Source: the human T2T-CHM13v2.0 reference genome, Homo sapiens
Strand: one strand, 5' to 3'
Assembly: GCF_009914755.1 (NCBI RefSeq)
Contig: NC_060935.1
Length of the DNA stretch: 64,000 nucleotides
Shown here: one piece after another, positions 14,101 to 28,692 of the stretch
Layout: each line of letters opens with the position of its first letter
Position numbering within the stretch: position 1 is the first letter of the stretch
The notes under the pieces: generated by a model
Seen by the model: only the letters and a program-made list of their open reading frames with translations
Database searches by the model: none
What the model was told of the DNA's origin: nothing
Program-made: the position numbers and the translations under genes

Positions 14101-14173
14101 TAATAACAGACATGTATGCCTACTGAATTCATTTATAATCTTTTCTACCATCTAATAACTTCATTTAGGCCTA

Positions 14174-14558
<385 letters not shown>

Positions 14559-14780
14559 TCATTCTTTTATCAATATTTGTAATTTTCATTTGAATCCCTG
14601 TTTAGGATTTTTCTCTTTTGGCGTAAAGAAAAAGAATTTCCTTATTTCTCTGTTAATTTCTATTATTGCATTTCAATCTGAGAATGAGCCCAGAGCATTC
14701 TGATTGTTAAGGTGTATGCAGACTTTGTTGACCTAAAGATGATCTGCTTGTGAAAATTTCATTGTGTTTGGAAAGGCTGA

Positions 14781-15098
<318 letters not shown>

Positions 15099-15750
15099 TC
15101 TGTCTGTTTTTTATACCTACCTATCTATCCACCCATCCATCCATCTTATTCATTTAATTATTTTCAGAATGTTGATTTCTTACTAATATCACTGTGTCCT
15201 ATGTGTTTTTCTGATTTGTGCTCTCAGTTTTTTAAAGTTGCATGAATATTTTTTACTTTAATTGAGGAATTGTCAATTTCTCCTTGCATTTACAAAAGCT
15301 TTTAATTTGATAAGTTTTTGTTCATTTCATCAAAGCTCATGACTATTATTTCTTCTTAGTGGATTACACTATTTATCCCATTAATACCTCTGTTTTTCTC
15401 ATGGTTAGTCTTTTCATCTTGATTTCTGTTCCTTTTGATATTAACACCATTGTATCTGTTTTCTTATTATTTTCCTTGCATATTATTAAAGCTTCTGGAT
15501 TGCATTATTTAAGATGTACCTTAACAAATAGCATAAATTATATATTTTTTCCAATCTTCAAATCTCTCTGTTTTTATAGAGAAGGTTCATTCCGTCATAT
15601 TTATTTGGAGTAGTAAAATGGGAAGATTTTTTCTAGTCACCTGCCTTTATGTTCCATTCTTTGTAATTGTTTATTTCCCTCTTTCAGATTTTTTGCTGTA
15701 TTGTTAAAGTTCTCTGTATTTCTGTTTTTGTCTTTTGTCCTTCTCAATAG

Positions 15751-16143
<393 letters not shown>

Positions 16144-17410
16144 TAGAGCTAGTCATTATTCTTTAGCTTGTCTTTTCTTCCTGCTTTCTTGTTCCACTGC
16201 TGTCCACCTAGCAAACCCTTGGTCTCTCCCATGTCAAAAGTATCTGACATTTAAGTTTAAGATGTTAAGAATTATTTATTTTTACAAAACCATCACATCA
16301 ATAATGATTTAAATTGAGTGATAAATAATACTGGTTTATTTCTACTCTGCTATTACTGTTATCTCTATCACTTTGGCATTTAGAAAATGCTTTCTGTCTC
16401 CTTTACTATTTTTTATAATAATCATTATGTTCAATAAAACTGTCCCAAGATTTGTCAGTATCTGGTGAAAGGCATCTTCCAGCATAGCACCTTACAGGAG
16501 GTGTCTCTAGACCACAACTCCTACTTGTTAGCTCACTGCCATGGCCTTAGTTTGGGGCCTTCACATTTTTTGCCTAAGCTTTTTTTGACCTGCTAATTGG
16601 TCTTTCTGCTGCCATATGGGACTTAGCATGAGCTGAAAACAACAACAATAACAAAAACCACAACAAAAATTACTTTCCCTTAAACCACTGAGATTCTAAA
16701 GTTTTTTCTTTTGTGTCAGTTATTGTCACTCATCTTGATTAATTCGATAACCATTATAACTGCTGATCAGTATCCCACTTCAACTGTGAACAACTTTACA
16801 GAAAAATAATACTAATAGTTGTATCTCTAGTAGTTGGAAAGTGCCTGCCTCACAGTAGGTGCTGAATAAGTACTGGACTACTAATACCACAACTGAGTAA
16901 ATACGTGGTGTCCTCCTGGATGGCAGGGGTGAATTGTCACAATATCTAGACCAGACAGAGCCGACCACAGTGCCTGAATGTAGCTTGAGCTCAATAACAC
17001 TTGTTGATAGCTTGATTTATGAATGCACATCTTTAAGTCTCTCTAACTTGACAGAGAAACATAATAAAATCCTATGCTATATTTAAAGGAAATAAAGCAC
17101 TCAGCACTTCTGTAATACGAACAATGCTTTTCTAAAGTGGGGACATCATCTGGAATCAGTAATTGTGGTGTAAAGGCTGAGGGGCACACCTCAGGCATTC
17201 TTTTTCTGATTTGATTATATTGTGACTGCTTGATTATTTTGCTGCTCACTTTTCCTTCCTATAAGGAAGAAAACTAAGGTGAGTAAAGCATGGTATAATA
17301 ACCAATAAACATGTGAACATTCTGGTTGTATTTTCACTACGTTCACTTTCACATGTGATTTTGATTGAACTACTTTAGTAAGTGCAGAACACAAACTGGA
17401 AGAGAAAGAG

Positions 17411-17849
17411 TGTGTTAGGCTGTCTTTGTTGTTGTTGTTGTTGTTGTTGCTATAGAAAAATAGCTGAGGTGTAATATCCTTATAAAGAAAAGAGGTTTAA
17501 TTGGCCCACAGTTCTGCAGGTTGTGCCGGAAGTGTGGCGCCGGCATCTGCTCTGCTTCTGGTGAAGCCTCAGGGAGTTTTACTCACGGCAGAAGGTGAAG
17601 CGGGAGCAGGCCCATCACAAGGTGGGAGTGGGAGCAAGAGAGGGAGAAGGGGGAGGCCAGACTCTTTGAAACACACCAGATCTCACGTGAACTGAGAGAG
17701 GACTCACTTATTATCGAGGAGATGCTGCTAAACCATTTGTGAGGGGTCCCCCTCCACGATCCAGTAACCTCCCACCAGGCTCCACCTCCAACACTGAGGA
17801 TCACATTTCAACATGAGATTTAGAGGGGACAAACTTATAAAGCATATCA
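17411..17849 (-). mobile_element. MaLR solo LTR, MSTB-like
   Basis: TG...CA ends with 5-bp TSD AAGAG (17406-17410, 17850-17854); aaagaaaagaggtttaattggc and tttcaacatgagatt motifs; internal (TTG)n. Confidence 0.9.
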
Positions 17850-18519
17850 AAGAGGGAGACTGTGGTGTGAGTGTGTGTATGACTGTGCCTTCAGCTTTTA
17901 TTAGGAGTTACATTTCCTTGCCCCATGTAGGTGCCGCACTTTTGCAGTGACATTTCTATAAACATTTCATTTCTAATAACATCAAACACAAACATCCTCA
18001 TTAAAGCCATGTTTCCCCCAAAAGCCTTTGCAATGGCACAAGGATGTTTCTGGACTATTGTAGCAGGCACAAACAGTGTCTGTGTGTGCACAGTTCTCTT
18101 GACATTGACAGGAAGTTGTGAATTGAGGGCCCCTAATCTCATCTTCTCCCAAGAAAAGTCCTCCCTTTTGAATGAGATGGATGTGGGGAACAGCGTTTCA
18201 CCTGGAATTACTTCCTCTCCCATATTCCAGCAGCCAGTTGTAATATATTTGTCAATATATACCACTCCCAGAAAGCTGTTTTGGACTAAATGCAAGGAAG
18301 ATATACTGAAGCTTAATTTATCTATTAAGTCAACAACCTGCACTTAATTTACAAACAAAAGAAAATAAAGACAGAAAGAAAAGAAATCAAAGGTAGAGCC
18401 AAAGAAATCAAAATTATAACGTAAAATCTGTCTTTATTTCCTTAAAAACTTTCCCCCAAAATAATCATATATCTCTACTTAATTGAAAAAAACAATGTTC
18501 CTCTAGTAGGAGACCTAAT

Positions 18520-18700
18520 ATATGCTTTGAGCACCTTGAGTGCCAATGGCTTTACATGTGTGCTGTGTTTAATCTTGTGAGGTTGTTTTTCTTCCCCATG
18601 TTCACTAATGGGGCATCTGAGACTCAGACAGCTTAAGTGTCCTATGAGAAAAAGCTGCGTATACACGGAGACACATACTGGGGGAAGAAGCCAGGTCTGC
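18520..18700 (-). mobile_element. MIR
   Basis: tttaatcttgtgagg...cccatgttcactaatggggcatctgagactcaga. Confidence 0.55.
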
Positions 18701-19049
18701 CTCCCCTCAATGGCCATGCCATCTATTCTACCTCTAGGCCTCTAAACTAACCGCAGGGACTTTCTTCTTTCATAAGGTATTTTTGTTAATACTTTTATCA
18801 TTGTCATTATGTTATCTGTGCATAGTTTCTTTTATGTTCTGTAGTAAATAAAGATGACTGATTCCTGAACATTGAGAAGAGGGCAGGGTGTTAGGACACC
18901 TTGGTTCCCACCACCCCTTCACTGCTGCCTTATTGTTTGTTTTTGGCTGGGAGTTTCACTTTTCAGGGAAAGTCAGGAAATCCAGGCTCTATTTTTCATC
19001 CTGTTACTTTTCTAAGATCACTTCCAGATGTAGCATGCTATCATTTTCT

Positions 19050-19328
<279 letters not shown>

Positions 19329-21604
19329 CATGCTATCATTTTCTATGCCTCAGTCTCCCACCCTAAAACAAAAACGACAATAACAAGCACTGATGAACAC
19401 GTATTTAATAAGTAGGTTATGAAGTAGGATATGTAAATGCACTTTGAAAATATAAATGCAACTTAGAGATATACATGTGTTTGTGGTTAGATCTGTTCAT
19501 ATATCATGGTCACAGAACACTTTGCCAAGGGCCCAACATTCATTAATTTGCTTTCCCTACCATTTAGCTTTGATCTCAGCCTAATCTAAAGCCCATGCAG
19601 AATGGCAGGAAGGACTTGCACAGAGGGCAACGAATCACAATTCTTAGTGAGACAAAGGGCAGAGTGTATGGGTATGGGTGGGTGGCTCAGAGCACTTCAG
19701 AATGATTCAGGTAACTGTCTCCCTCTTTCCTCTTCTGGGCATAAATCAAGGGCTCCAGCTTTCTAGGCTGCCAATTCAACACCTTTTATAGGCACTTAAT
19801 TCACTCAGAAATTAAAAATATATACATATCCCTAGCAGAAAGTACCATTATTCTTCAGCATGACACATGATTTGATTTTAAGCCTTTATATGTCTTGTCT
19901 GTATTCTACTGTGGGTTAGAATCAGTCAAACGTCTATGATGAACAGCCCTTGCTGCCTGGGCTAGTCACCTCCCACAGAGACTCCACTGATCCCCTCCTC
20001 GAGGAATCTTATCTCCTCCCACCCCTGTAAAAGTCATCAGCGTAGCTTTTGGTGGGGACAGCACATGGACAAGTTGGGTGTATGATAAGACCATTACCCC
20101 ACGCCCTTCTGCTGCCAGCTCTCCTATCTCCTCTCTGGAAAAGCAATTGTCAGAATCACAAAGAGGACCGCGTCGGTCGTTGTTGCTGTCAAACCCAGTC
20201 TCTCAGGTTTCTATTCCCATTCTCACTTTCCCTTTCCCCATATTCCATATGCCCATACCCTGCCCAGGGTTCCAGGGATCTTCTGGTCTCACTGTGTATG
20301 GTCTCACTCCTTCTTTTATAACCTATGCTTGCTAAGGAAGCTGAAACCCCTTCACCCTGAGCTTTTAGTGATAGGCCACAGCTTAAATTGTCTGTCTTTA
20401 TAAAAGGCATGGTTGCATTTTTAAAGACTTAGAATTTGAAGTTATAAAGAGTACAGTTTTGGGTAAACAAGCCAGAGTGAATTTCTTGGTCAGAGGATTC
20501 TTCACAAGGGGCCATCCAATCAAACTTTGAAGGCATCCAGACACATTCTGGAATAAAAGAAACAACATTGGACAAGGACCAAATGAGTTGATTCTATTCC
20601 CAGTTCTGTTGTATGAACCTAAGGATGCAATTGCCCTTCTCTGGACACCACTTCTGAGTATAAAATGAAAGCATGAGATACTCATAGAAGGGTTCCTAAG
20701 CTGTATTTCAGAGTCTTCCTCCAAATTCAGCTAGTGGAGTTCAATTGTTTTTAGATAGTATTAAGGTAGCACAAAGCCAAATCATTAAAAAAAAAAAAAA
20801 TCCCTAGACTATACTGTTCCTCCCTATAAAGTCTTCAAAATAGATATGTCCATGGATAGAAATGGCCAAAAGCGGTAAAGTGACACTTACCTGTCAAATA
20901 AGCTCTGTTATCAGCCCAAGTGTAGGAAAGTGGGTCTGCTCCAAGTAACCCCCAAAATCTCCCCACCTTCCTTGAAGCCTGACCTCTACTCCTACCATTG
21001 TACTGTGTCCTGTTCAACTGGCTGGTGGGCAGCAGACTGCAAATAAGAGGTTTCTAGGGCCCACGAGCACCAGAGCTACTCACACATGTGATGTATGGGG
21101 GTGGCGGATGGGGCTAAACCACTGTCCCACGTCTGCCAAACTAGACTAGAGATTAGCACAAGATGGGAAGTTGTCGACATCCAGAGGGCCAAGAGAGGCT
21201 TCTCTAGGGGAATTACCTAATTCACCATCCATTCCACTGTATAAACCTTCAGAAATATCAAATTTTATTGTTTTCACTTTCTTACTCAGAATCAACAGCA
21301 GTGATCTTCTCAAATTCAGTTCAAACTGTATAGATATTCAGGACTCTCTAGTTTAGGCCCAAACTCTATGAACTCTCAGTACTCTTGAACCACAGCCTCA
21401 AATTCATCCACGTTGGATCCTGCTGATTTCCACAGAGCTTTATGTTCCCATCCAGCCTTTACCATGCTATTCCCTTCAGTTTAAATAAGTTCCTACTTTC
21501 TTTCATTCCAAACTGATCAAGACCAATGTTATTTTGAGAGTTCTCACCAACCATGCCAGGCTACCATGATCTTTTCCTTTTGAGTCCCAGTTTCACTTAA
21601 AGTA

Positions 21605-21800
21605 TAGCCAAATATACTATAAGAGAAAGAGCAGGCTTTTGGGTGTTCAGAGACCTGGCCAGTTACTATCTGTACAACTGTGGATAAGTTAGCTAACCTC
21701 TTTACTTGAAAATTAAGGATAATAGTATTTATCTTCTAGAAACACTGTAAAGATTAAATAAAATGACATGCAGAATTTTCACACAGAAGACGTTCATTAA
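21605..21800 (+). mobile_element. MIR
   Basis: gaaagagcaggcttttgg...ttactatctgtacaactgtggataagttagctaacctct. Confidence 0.6.
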
Positions 21801-22099
21801 GTGGTGTTTTGCTCCCCACTTCCAGAGCCCCACCCTTTGGAAGAAGAGGGATTTGGTCCATTGTGATTTCATCTATGACCTTATTTTAATTCCAATTTTA
21901 TATCAACACTGGCTACTTGGTTTTTTTTTGTTTTGTTTTTTTTTAAGTAAACGGCTTCAGATGCCTACATCTCTGCCTAAGGCATTCTCTCCCACAAGCA
22001 TAACACAATATCTAGACATTTTCATTGTATCAGGGTAAGTCATGTGGGAAGGGCAGGAAAGCAAGGACATTTCTACTCATGGCCCTCCAGATGGACGCG

Positions 22100-22520
22100 T
22101 TTAGTCTAGATCCTCTCAGGTGTGAGGGACAGAAGCTCAACTCAAACTAACTTAAGCAAATAAAGGATCAGGAATTCCGAAAGGTGGGTGTCTGGTTCCA
22201 TACATGACATGTCCTCCTTTCTGTGATGGCCTCTCCTCTTGTTCCTTCTTTCCTTTTTGTTGACTCCATTTCCTTGCAGAGTTCTCCATGTGTTAGGAAA
22301 GATGTCCTCTAGTTGCAGTCCCTCTTTCCCAAAGCACCTGGAAATTTCTCAGGAAAGAAACTGATTGACCAGGCCAGGGGCCTGTGCCCACTCTTATGCC
22401 AAGAGTAGAGCAGTGCCCACTCCAACCGCATCCAACTGATTCCCAGTGGTCTGGGGATCCAGATGCAATAGCCACCCTGTCTACTACAGACCCAGGAAAA
22501 ATATCTCTGACAGTAAGCAT
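22100..22520 (-). mobile_element. MLT1-type LTR fragments
   Basis: gacagaagctcaactcaaactaacttaagcaaataaagg and ctgattgaccaggcc motifs. Confidence 0.45.
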
Positions 22521-22619
22521 CCTGAAGGTACTGACTCACACTGTGAAGTTCATGTTGAATATTATCCAGCACACTGATTGGTTTTTCAAAGCAAGCTGAT
22601 CCTAAAGACCAGGAGCCAA

Positions 22620-22830
22620 TGTGTCTGCATGCTGATCACTGTACTGGGACATTTATAACCTTCATTTTAATGAATCTACAACAACTCTGTGCAGTAGATA
22701 TTATTATTTCCACCTTAAGGATGAGGTGGGATGAGACGACATGAGAACGTTGAGCATTACTGGATTGAACTTGATCAATGGGATTAGACTCGAATCCAGG
22801 TCTTCTGATTTTAAATCTTAAATTACTTCT
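22620..22830 (-). mobile_element. MIR
   Basis: acaacaactctgtgcagtagatattattatttccacc...gactcgaatccaggtcttctgatt. Confidence 0.6.
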
Positions 22831-25734
22831 GTTATACTGCTCTATGGTAGTTCTTCTTTTTGAGCTGAAGGTGATAAATATAAATCAAGGCCAGATGACT
22901 ATGCCTGTAATTCAATTAGAAAACACTGAAAACTCCCTTTGTAGGACTTTGGGCTTATATCCCTGTGTCCTTAATTTCTGGGCTGTTAACAGTTACACTT
23001 TCATTTTAATATCAGGTTAGGCAACTTATCAATAAATCAGAAAACCTGCTGCTCTAAGTCAAATTCTCAAAATAGACTCACATAATTCAGACATCACCTG
23101 TGCCTGGACCCATTCCATTCCCATCCAAAGTGACCATGCTCAGAGCTCCATCCAAGATGGCTGCAGCTCTCCCTTTCTGGGGAGAGTCCCTTTAAGGTAG
23201 GAGGCTGCCTTCTTCCTGCCATGGTTTTCACCCTCCCTGAAGTGGCATTGCAAGTCAAAGCTGAACCCTGCCCAACCCCAGATGTGTGAGGGCAGGCTGG
23301 CTTTCTCTTCCCCTAGGGCAGGCTCCTCCAAGCTTCTGGGCATGTAAGATCACCCACCACATGGAGCCTCAGCAGAGGCAGGCCACAGCAGGCGGATGGC
23401 AGCAGAGCAGCGGCTTTTGTTAAGTCCTGAACATGATTTCAGCACTGCTCTTTAGATTTAAGCTCCCGCAGTTCTTTCCATAATAGCTGAGAGAAATAAA
23501 AAACACTGCCTCCACACCCCTTCCTCCCTCACTCACAGGCACACACACACCCACCTCCTCCTCCTCCTCATGGTGGCATTCTGTCTGCCAGTCCTTCAAG
23601 CCTGGCCCACCATGTGTGAGTGATTATGCATCCCCTCTCCTATGTCTGCTGTCAGGGTTCAGCTGGGATTTGGACAGCAGGGCAGCCAGGTCCCACAGTG
23701 AGCTTACTGGACTTATTGTCTATCGTTGGATAAGGTGACAGGTGTTCATGGGGGCAGTTTACAGAGAATCAATCCCTATTTGTACTAGCTCATTGCACAC
23801 AGTGCAGATTCCTAAGCTGCCCGATGATGAAAGGTTTATGAAATGCAATCCTAGCTGCCCTCTCCAAAGGAGTTAAAGACCTCATCTGTTTCCCCTTTCT
23901 TATTTTTTTTTTTAATTTTTATGCCCCTTCCTTGTTTCTTATCTGCAAACAGAAAAATCATGTCTGTAGTAAAGTTCTTCTAACTTCAAGGAGTGTGGGT
24001 GGTGAAAAATTATCATTCTGTCTAGAATTTAAGGTCCCTTTCCAGACATTAATTTTGTCTTACGCCATTCATACTCCTCTGCAAAAAAAGTGGACTCATG
24101 AACTGGGAAGTAAATGGTGCATAACACAAATCTGGCTAATGCAAAAGGCAAAGTGAGTCCTCCAGGCACCTGATGAGAAGTACTTGAGCCTTCTAACTCA
24201 GAGGAAGGAGCTCTGATTGTTGAGGAGGGAACTGCGATTTCAAAGTGTCCCCTTCCAATCATAGCTCCCCCCAGTCATAGCTTCCCCCAGTCAGAGGTTC
24301 TTTAGTCATTGGCTCACTTCTACTGGCAGAAATCTCTAACCACAGTCACGAGCCACCCCAAAGCAGAAGGACCAAGCTGTGCATTCTTTGGGGTAGTTGC
24401 AACAATGGAGATTCTCAGTCCTAAGCCTGATAGATCCTGAGACTAGAATGGAAAATGGAAAGGAAGTTTGCTGACAGCATTGGTGAGACCGGTTCCATTA
24501 GGCAAGAGATGTGCTTGGTTGAATGAAACCCTTCTGTGTGTAGCCTAGGATCAGCTTTTTCGATTTGTAATTACAGCAATGAGCAGCTGACTGATCCAAC
24601 ACGCCTGTATTGGTGATGCTGTGTTAAACCCAATAACAAAGGAGGGAAAAAGATGCCTTCTCTAGAAGGAGGTTAATGGTGTGCTTTTGTGAAACCTGAA
24701 GGCCATTGGGAAATTTTACTTCATGTGGCAAATTCAAGCATTGAAAGAGCTATAGCTCTCAAGATAGTTTAGCATTTAGCAGTGTTCAGAACCCAAATTA
24801 GACTTCTGGTTCGGCAATCCCTGAGGATATATTTTGCCTCAATGAATGCACAGAGCATAATGCTGAAACTGCTCTGTCCAGGAGTCTTAGTTCCCAAGCA
24901 CAGATAGCTTCTACCAATGACACATGGTAGACCACATCCATCTCAACTTGGTTAAAAACAGTAAAATTAATGAAAATTAGTTGATGGTTAGGATGTCTGG
25001 CTATGGTTGGGATGGGGGTGTAATTGCTATCCTGTTTCAGATGTGGAGTTGAAATGACTCAACCTAATCTCACAGCCCCTAGGGGACAGAACTGGGATTT
25101 GGACCCCAAGCAAAGCAGCCCTAAGTCCGTGCTCTCATTCAACAAGTCATGTCAGTGACGCCCAGTGTCTGTGCCTGCCAGGTACCAGACATGGTTACCT
25201 CACCTGTGTGCAGAAAGTAACTGCCAAGCATCATATTATGCTAAGGTTCATTTAAAAAATATTTTCAAGCTCTTCTTGCTATACAGAATGGTAGGATGGG
25301 GAATCTCAGACAAGTCACTAGAACCTCAAATATACTTGGTGTATTTCTAACTCTAGTTTTTAATTCATGGTATTCTCATCCAGCAACGTCCTTCCCTCTG
25401 CCTCAGATCTAGGATCAGAGTCACTCTCACGGTATTCATGACTCCCACCGTCTCCAAAGAACTTTACAAAACTATCATAGAAAATGACCACCTATTGTGT
25501 GCTGTCTGATGAAATTAATTATATGTACCAACCATTGGAAACTCAGTTAAGATTGAAAGCAGTATATGAGTCTTCCTGTAGTTTTGTATCAACATATGTA
25601 TTGTTTTGTAATGTTTATTAATAATCTCATATGCTATTGAAAGCAACAAAAAGATTCTACGCTAGGATGCTTGATATCTATTTGAGTCCCTCACAGTATT
25701 TAGCACAGGATATTATTATTGAAGTTGATCTAAG

Positions 25735-25945
25735 ATGAAAATGCTCAGGTTTAAATCCTGATTCCATTCCTTAACTGTTGTGTGGCTGTGGACAAGCTTT
25801 TTCTGAGCCTCAATGCCCTCATTTATAAAATGGGGATGATAATATCACCACTTCATAGGTTGTGATTATTTAATGAGAAAAATGCATGCAAAACACTGAG
25901 TATCATGTCTAGCACATTGCAAATAAATATCAATAAATATCAACT
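25735..25945 (+). mobile_element. MIR
   Basis: ggtttaaatcctgattcc...tctgagcctcaatgccctcatttataaaatggggatgataata. Confidence 0.75.
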
Positions 25946-26379
25946 CCGATGATTAATTTCTTATTATCTGTACACACCTGGGAGCTTAATAAACATTGGT
26001 AACTGTATAGATTTATTACAGTTCAGGGTAAGGACATTTACAAATGTTATTGTCCACCTCTCCTGATTGGGACTAAAGACTTACCAGTGGCCCATGATCT
26101 TTATCATCGTTCTGGAGAGAAATGAAATGGTGGTGAAAGGAAGCCACCTTCCTTCTGCACTGCACTGTTATCACCTGCCGTCACAGTTGTTCCAAAGCAT
26201 TTAATTACACATGTCACTATGCTGAGCACCGCACAAAAAGACTCATCTACAGATAAAATTCTTGTCCATTGGGAGCTCACGATATCAAGGACATTTTGAT
26301 AGATATGTGAATTAGAACTTAATGGCAAGAAGAAAAAAAATACCAGTTAACATAAAACATCTTTAAAATGAGAAGGAGT

Positions 26380-26560
26380 ATAATAAATTATTCCAGTTCT
26401 ACAATTTTATAGACAAGAAGCCAAGGTTCACAGAGGTGAAAGGACCTGCCTGAGGTCCCTTAGTTGTGCAGAACTATGAGAAGGATCTTGAGGTCCCCAG
26501 ATCTTGAGGTCCCAGGGCCCCTTCCTCTCAAGGTCACAAGATCCCACATTCCAGGCAGTG
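26380..26560 (-). mobile_element. MIR
   Basis: attttatagacaagaagccaaggttcacagaggtgaaaggacctgcctgaggtc. Confidence 0.6.
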
Positions 26561-26591
26561 TTGTCCCTATTCATACACAACACAAGGTAAA

Positions 26592-26859
26592 CTTGTGGGA
26601 GGCCAAGGCTGGAAGGACTGCTTGAGGCAAGGAGTTTGAAACCAGCCTGAGCAACATAGTGAGACTTCATCTCTACTATGTTGTAGAAAATTAAAAAAAA
26701 AAAAAAAATAGCTGGGCATAGTGGGTAAGGCAGGAGGGTTCCTTGAGCCCAGGAGTTCAAAGTTGCGGTGAGCTGTGATTGCACCACTGCACTCCAACCT
26801 GGGTGACGGGGCAAGAGTCTGTCAAAAACAAAAACAAAAAAGAAAGAAAAAAGAAAAAA
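26592..26859 (+). mobile_element. AluJ-like, 5'-truncated with internal deletion
   Basis: gggaggccaagg...cttgagcccaggagttc; A-rich tail; flanking caaggtaaa repeat. Confidence 0.9.
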
Positions 26860-27020
26860 GCCAAGGTAAATCGTACGTCTTAGACATGTGCAAAATGGCA
26901 GTGATGTTTTCATTTCACCTCTGTACACTAAAATACAAACAGACAATGAGTACTTTTCTTCTATGCAGTTTGAAAATACATGAACATTTTTATGGGGTTA
27001 CAAGGAAGTATAATAATTAG

Positions 27021-27479
<459 letters not shown>

Positions 27480-28199
27480 TAACTTGCTTCTCATAAGGGG
27501 AAGCCAAAGATTAGAATAAACTTCCAGGCCCTAGAATTAGACCTCTTAAGAAATCATTTATGTCCATTAGATTATTTCTGTTCGGTTTTTATTCTTTCCT
27601 ATCACCAAGGAGGTTAATGTCTTCAACTGTCTGAGGAACTACACAAAGTTTACACTCAGAAAGCCCCTCCGCATGTCTACCCTGAATCTTTCTCGCTGCA
27701 GTTTAAATCACAGATGCTTCTATGATTGCTTTAGTGGATGTGGATTGACCAAGTCATGGGGAATAAACTCCTGCTTTGTTTTCTTTTGAAGAAGGTTCTC
27801 CATCTTCAGACTATAGAGCTTCTTCTCAAATACCAGGTACTTTGTACCTTTCCATTGTATCATATACACATGGATGAATTTAGGAAATTGACTTCTAAAA
27901 AGTGAATGAAAAAGAGGAGTAACATAGATGTTCTGAAACAGAAGTGACAGGAGGAGAAAATAGAAAGTTATTTACTATTTTCAAAGCAACTAAGTAGAAA
28001 GGTTGATGAAAGAGAGAAAAAAAAGCTGTCACTGAATGATATTTCCATTGGAGGGGAAAATAGGTACCAACAAATGAAAATTGCCTCATCTTTACAAGTT
28101 TCACTGAGCATGAAAATGTCCCTTTAAAATTTCCCATAAGCCATGGCTGGCTATGGGATTTTTCCAGTGCAAAGGGAATCTGAGTTCAGGAGGCCAGGG

Positions 28200-28692
28200 A
28201 ATGCCAGGGGGAAAGGGATTTTCTGATACTCAGAAGACTCAGAGACTGTCAGTTTAAAAAATGAAAGTAATATAGAAGGGGCAAAGTGGCATTTATCATT
28301 CTATCTCTCCAGGCTCCTGTCTCTTTAATCAGCTAGCCTGATTTGCCCAGTAAATGATTCCTGAGAGTGTGTGTGCGTGTGTGTGTGTGTGTGTGCCCGC
28401 GCGCGTGTGTTGTAGCTCTGTCAATCCTTGGATTAGAACCAATGATTGCAGCTTGTAGGAGGGCTGTCCAGGGCCAGATTGTACAATGTGTCTCAGTGCC
28501 AGAGTATGAGTGGAGATAATTACGGAGAAGTCATACTCTCTCACACCCTCGGCTTTCTTGTTGTGTCCTTCAGCAAAACAGTGGATTTAAATCTCCTTGC
28601 ACAAGCTTGAGAGCAACACAATCTATCAGGAAAGAAAGAAAGAAAAAAACCGAACCTGACAAAAAAGAAGAAAAAGAAGAAGAAAAAAAATC
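28200..28692 (+). promoter_or_regulatory. NTM: NTM 1a promoter and 5'UTR (CpG-poor, no canonical TATA); exact TSS not determinable
   Basis: Unique sequence just upstream of the ATG. Contains a (GT)n/(CG)n tract, an NF-Y-type CCAAT box aaCCAATga (28439-28443), a SOX-type dyad ATTGTACAAT (28478-28487), GGATTA (28430-28435) and an A-rich leader (28629-28690). Confidence 0.75.
28367..28410. repeat. (GT)n/(CG)n alternating purine-pyrimidine microsatellite in the NTM promoter region
   Basis: gtgtgtgtgcgtgtgtgtgtgtgtgtgtgcccgcgcgcgtgtgt. Confidence 0.95.

Noticed and set aside
17891-18347. Overlapping 150-aa and 138-aa ORFs on opposite strands
   Set aside because: No recognisable domain or exon structure; consistent with chance.
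24259-24293. Short 15-16-bp tandem duplications (also near 26485-26512 and 37795-37823)
   Set aside because: Ordinary slippage duplications with no evident motif significance.
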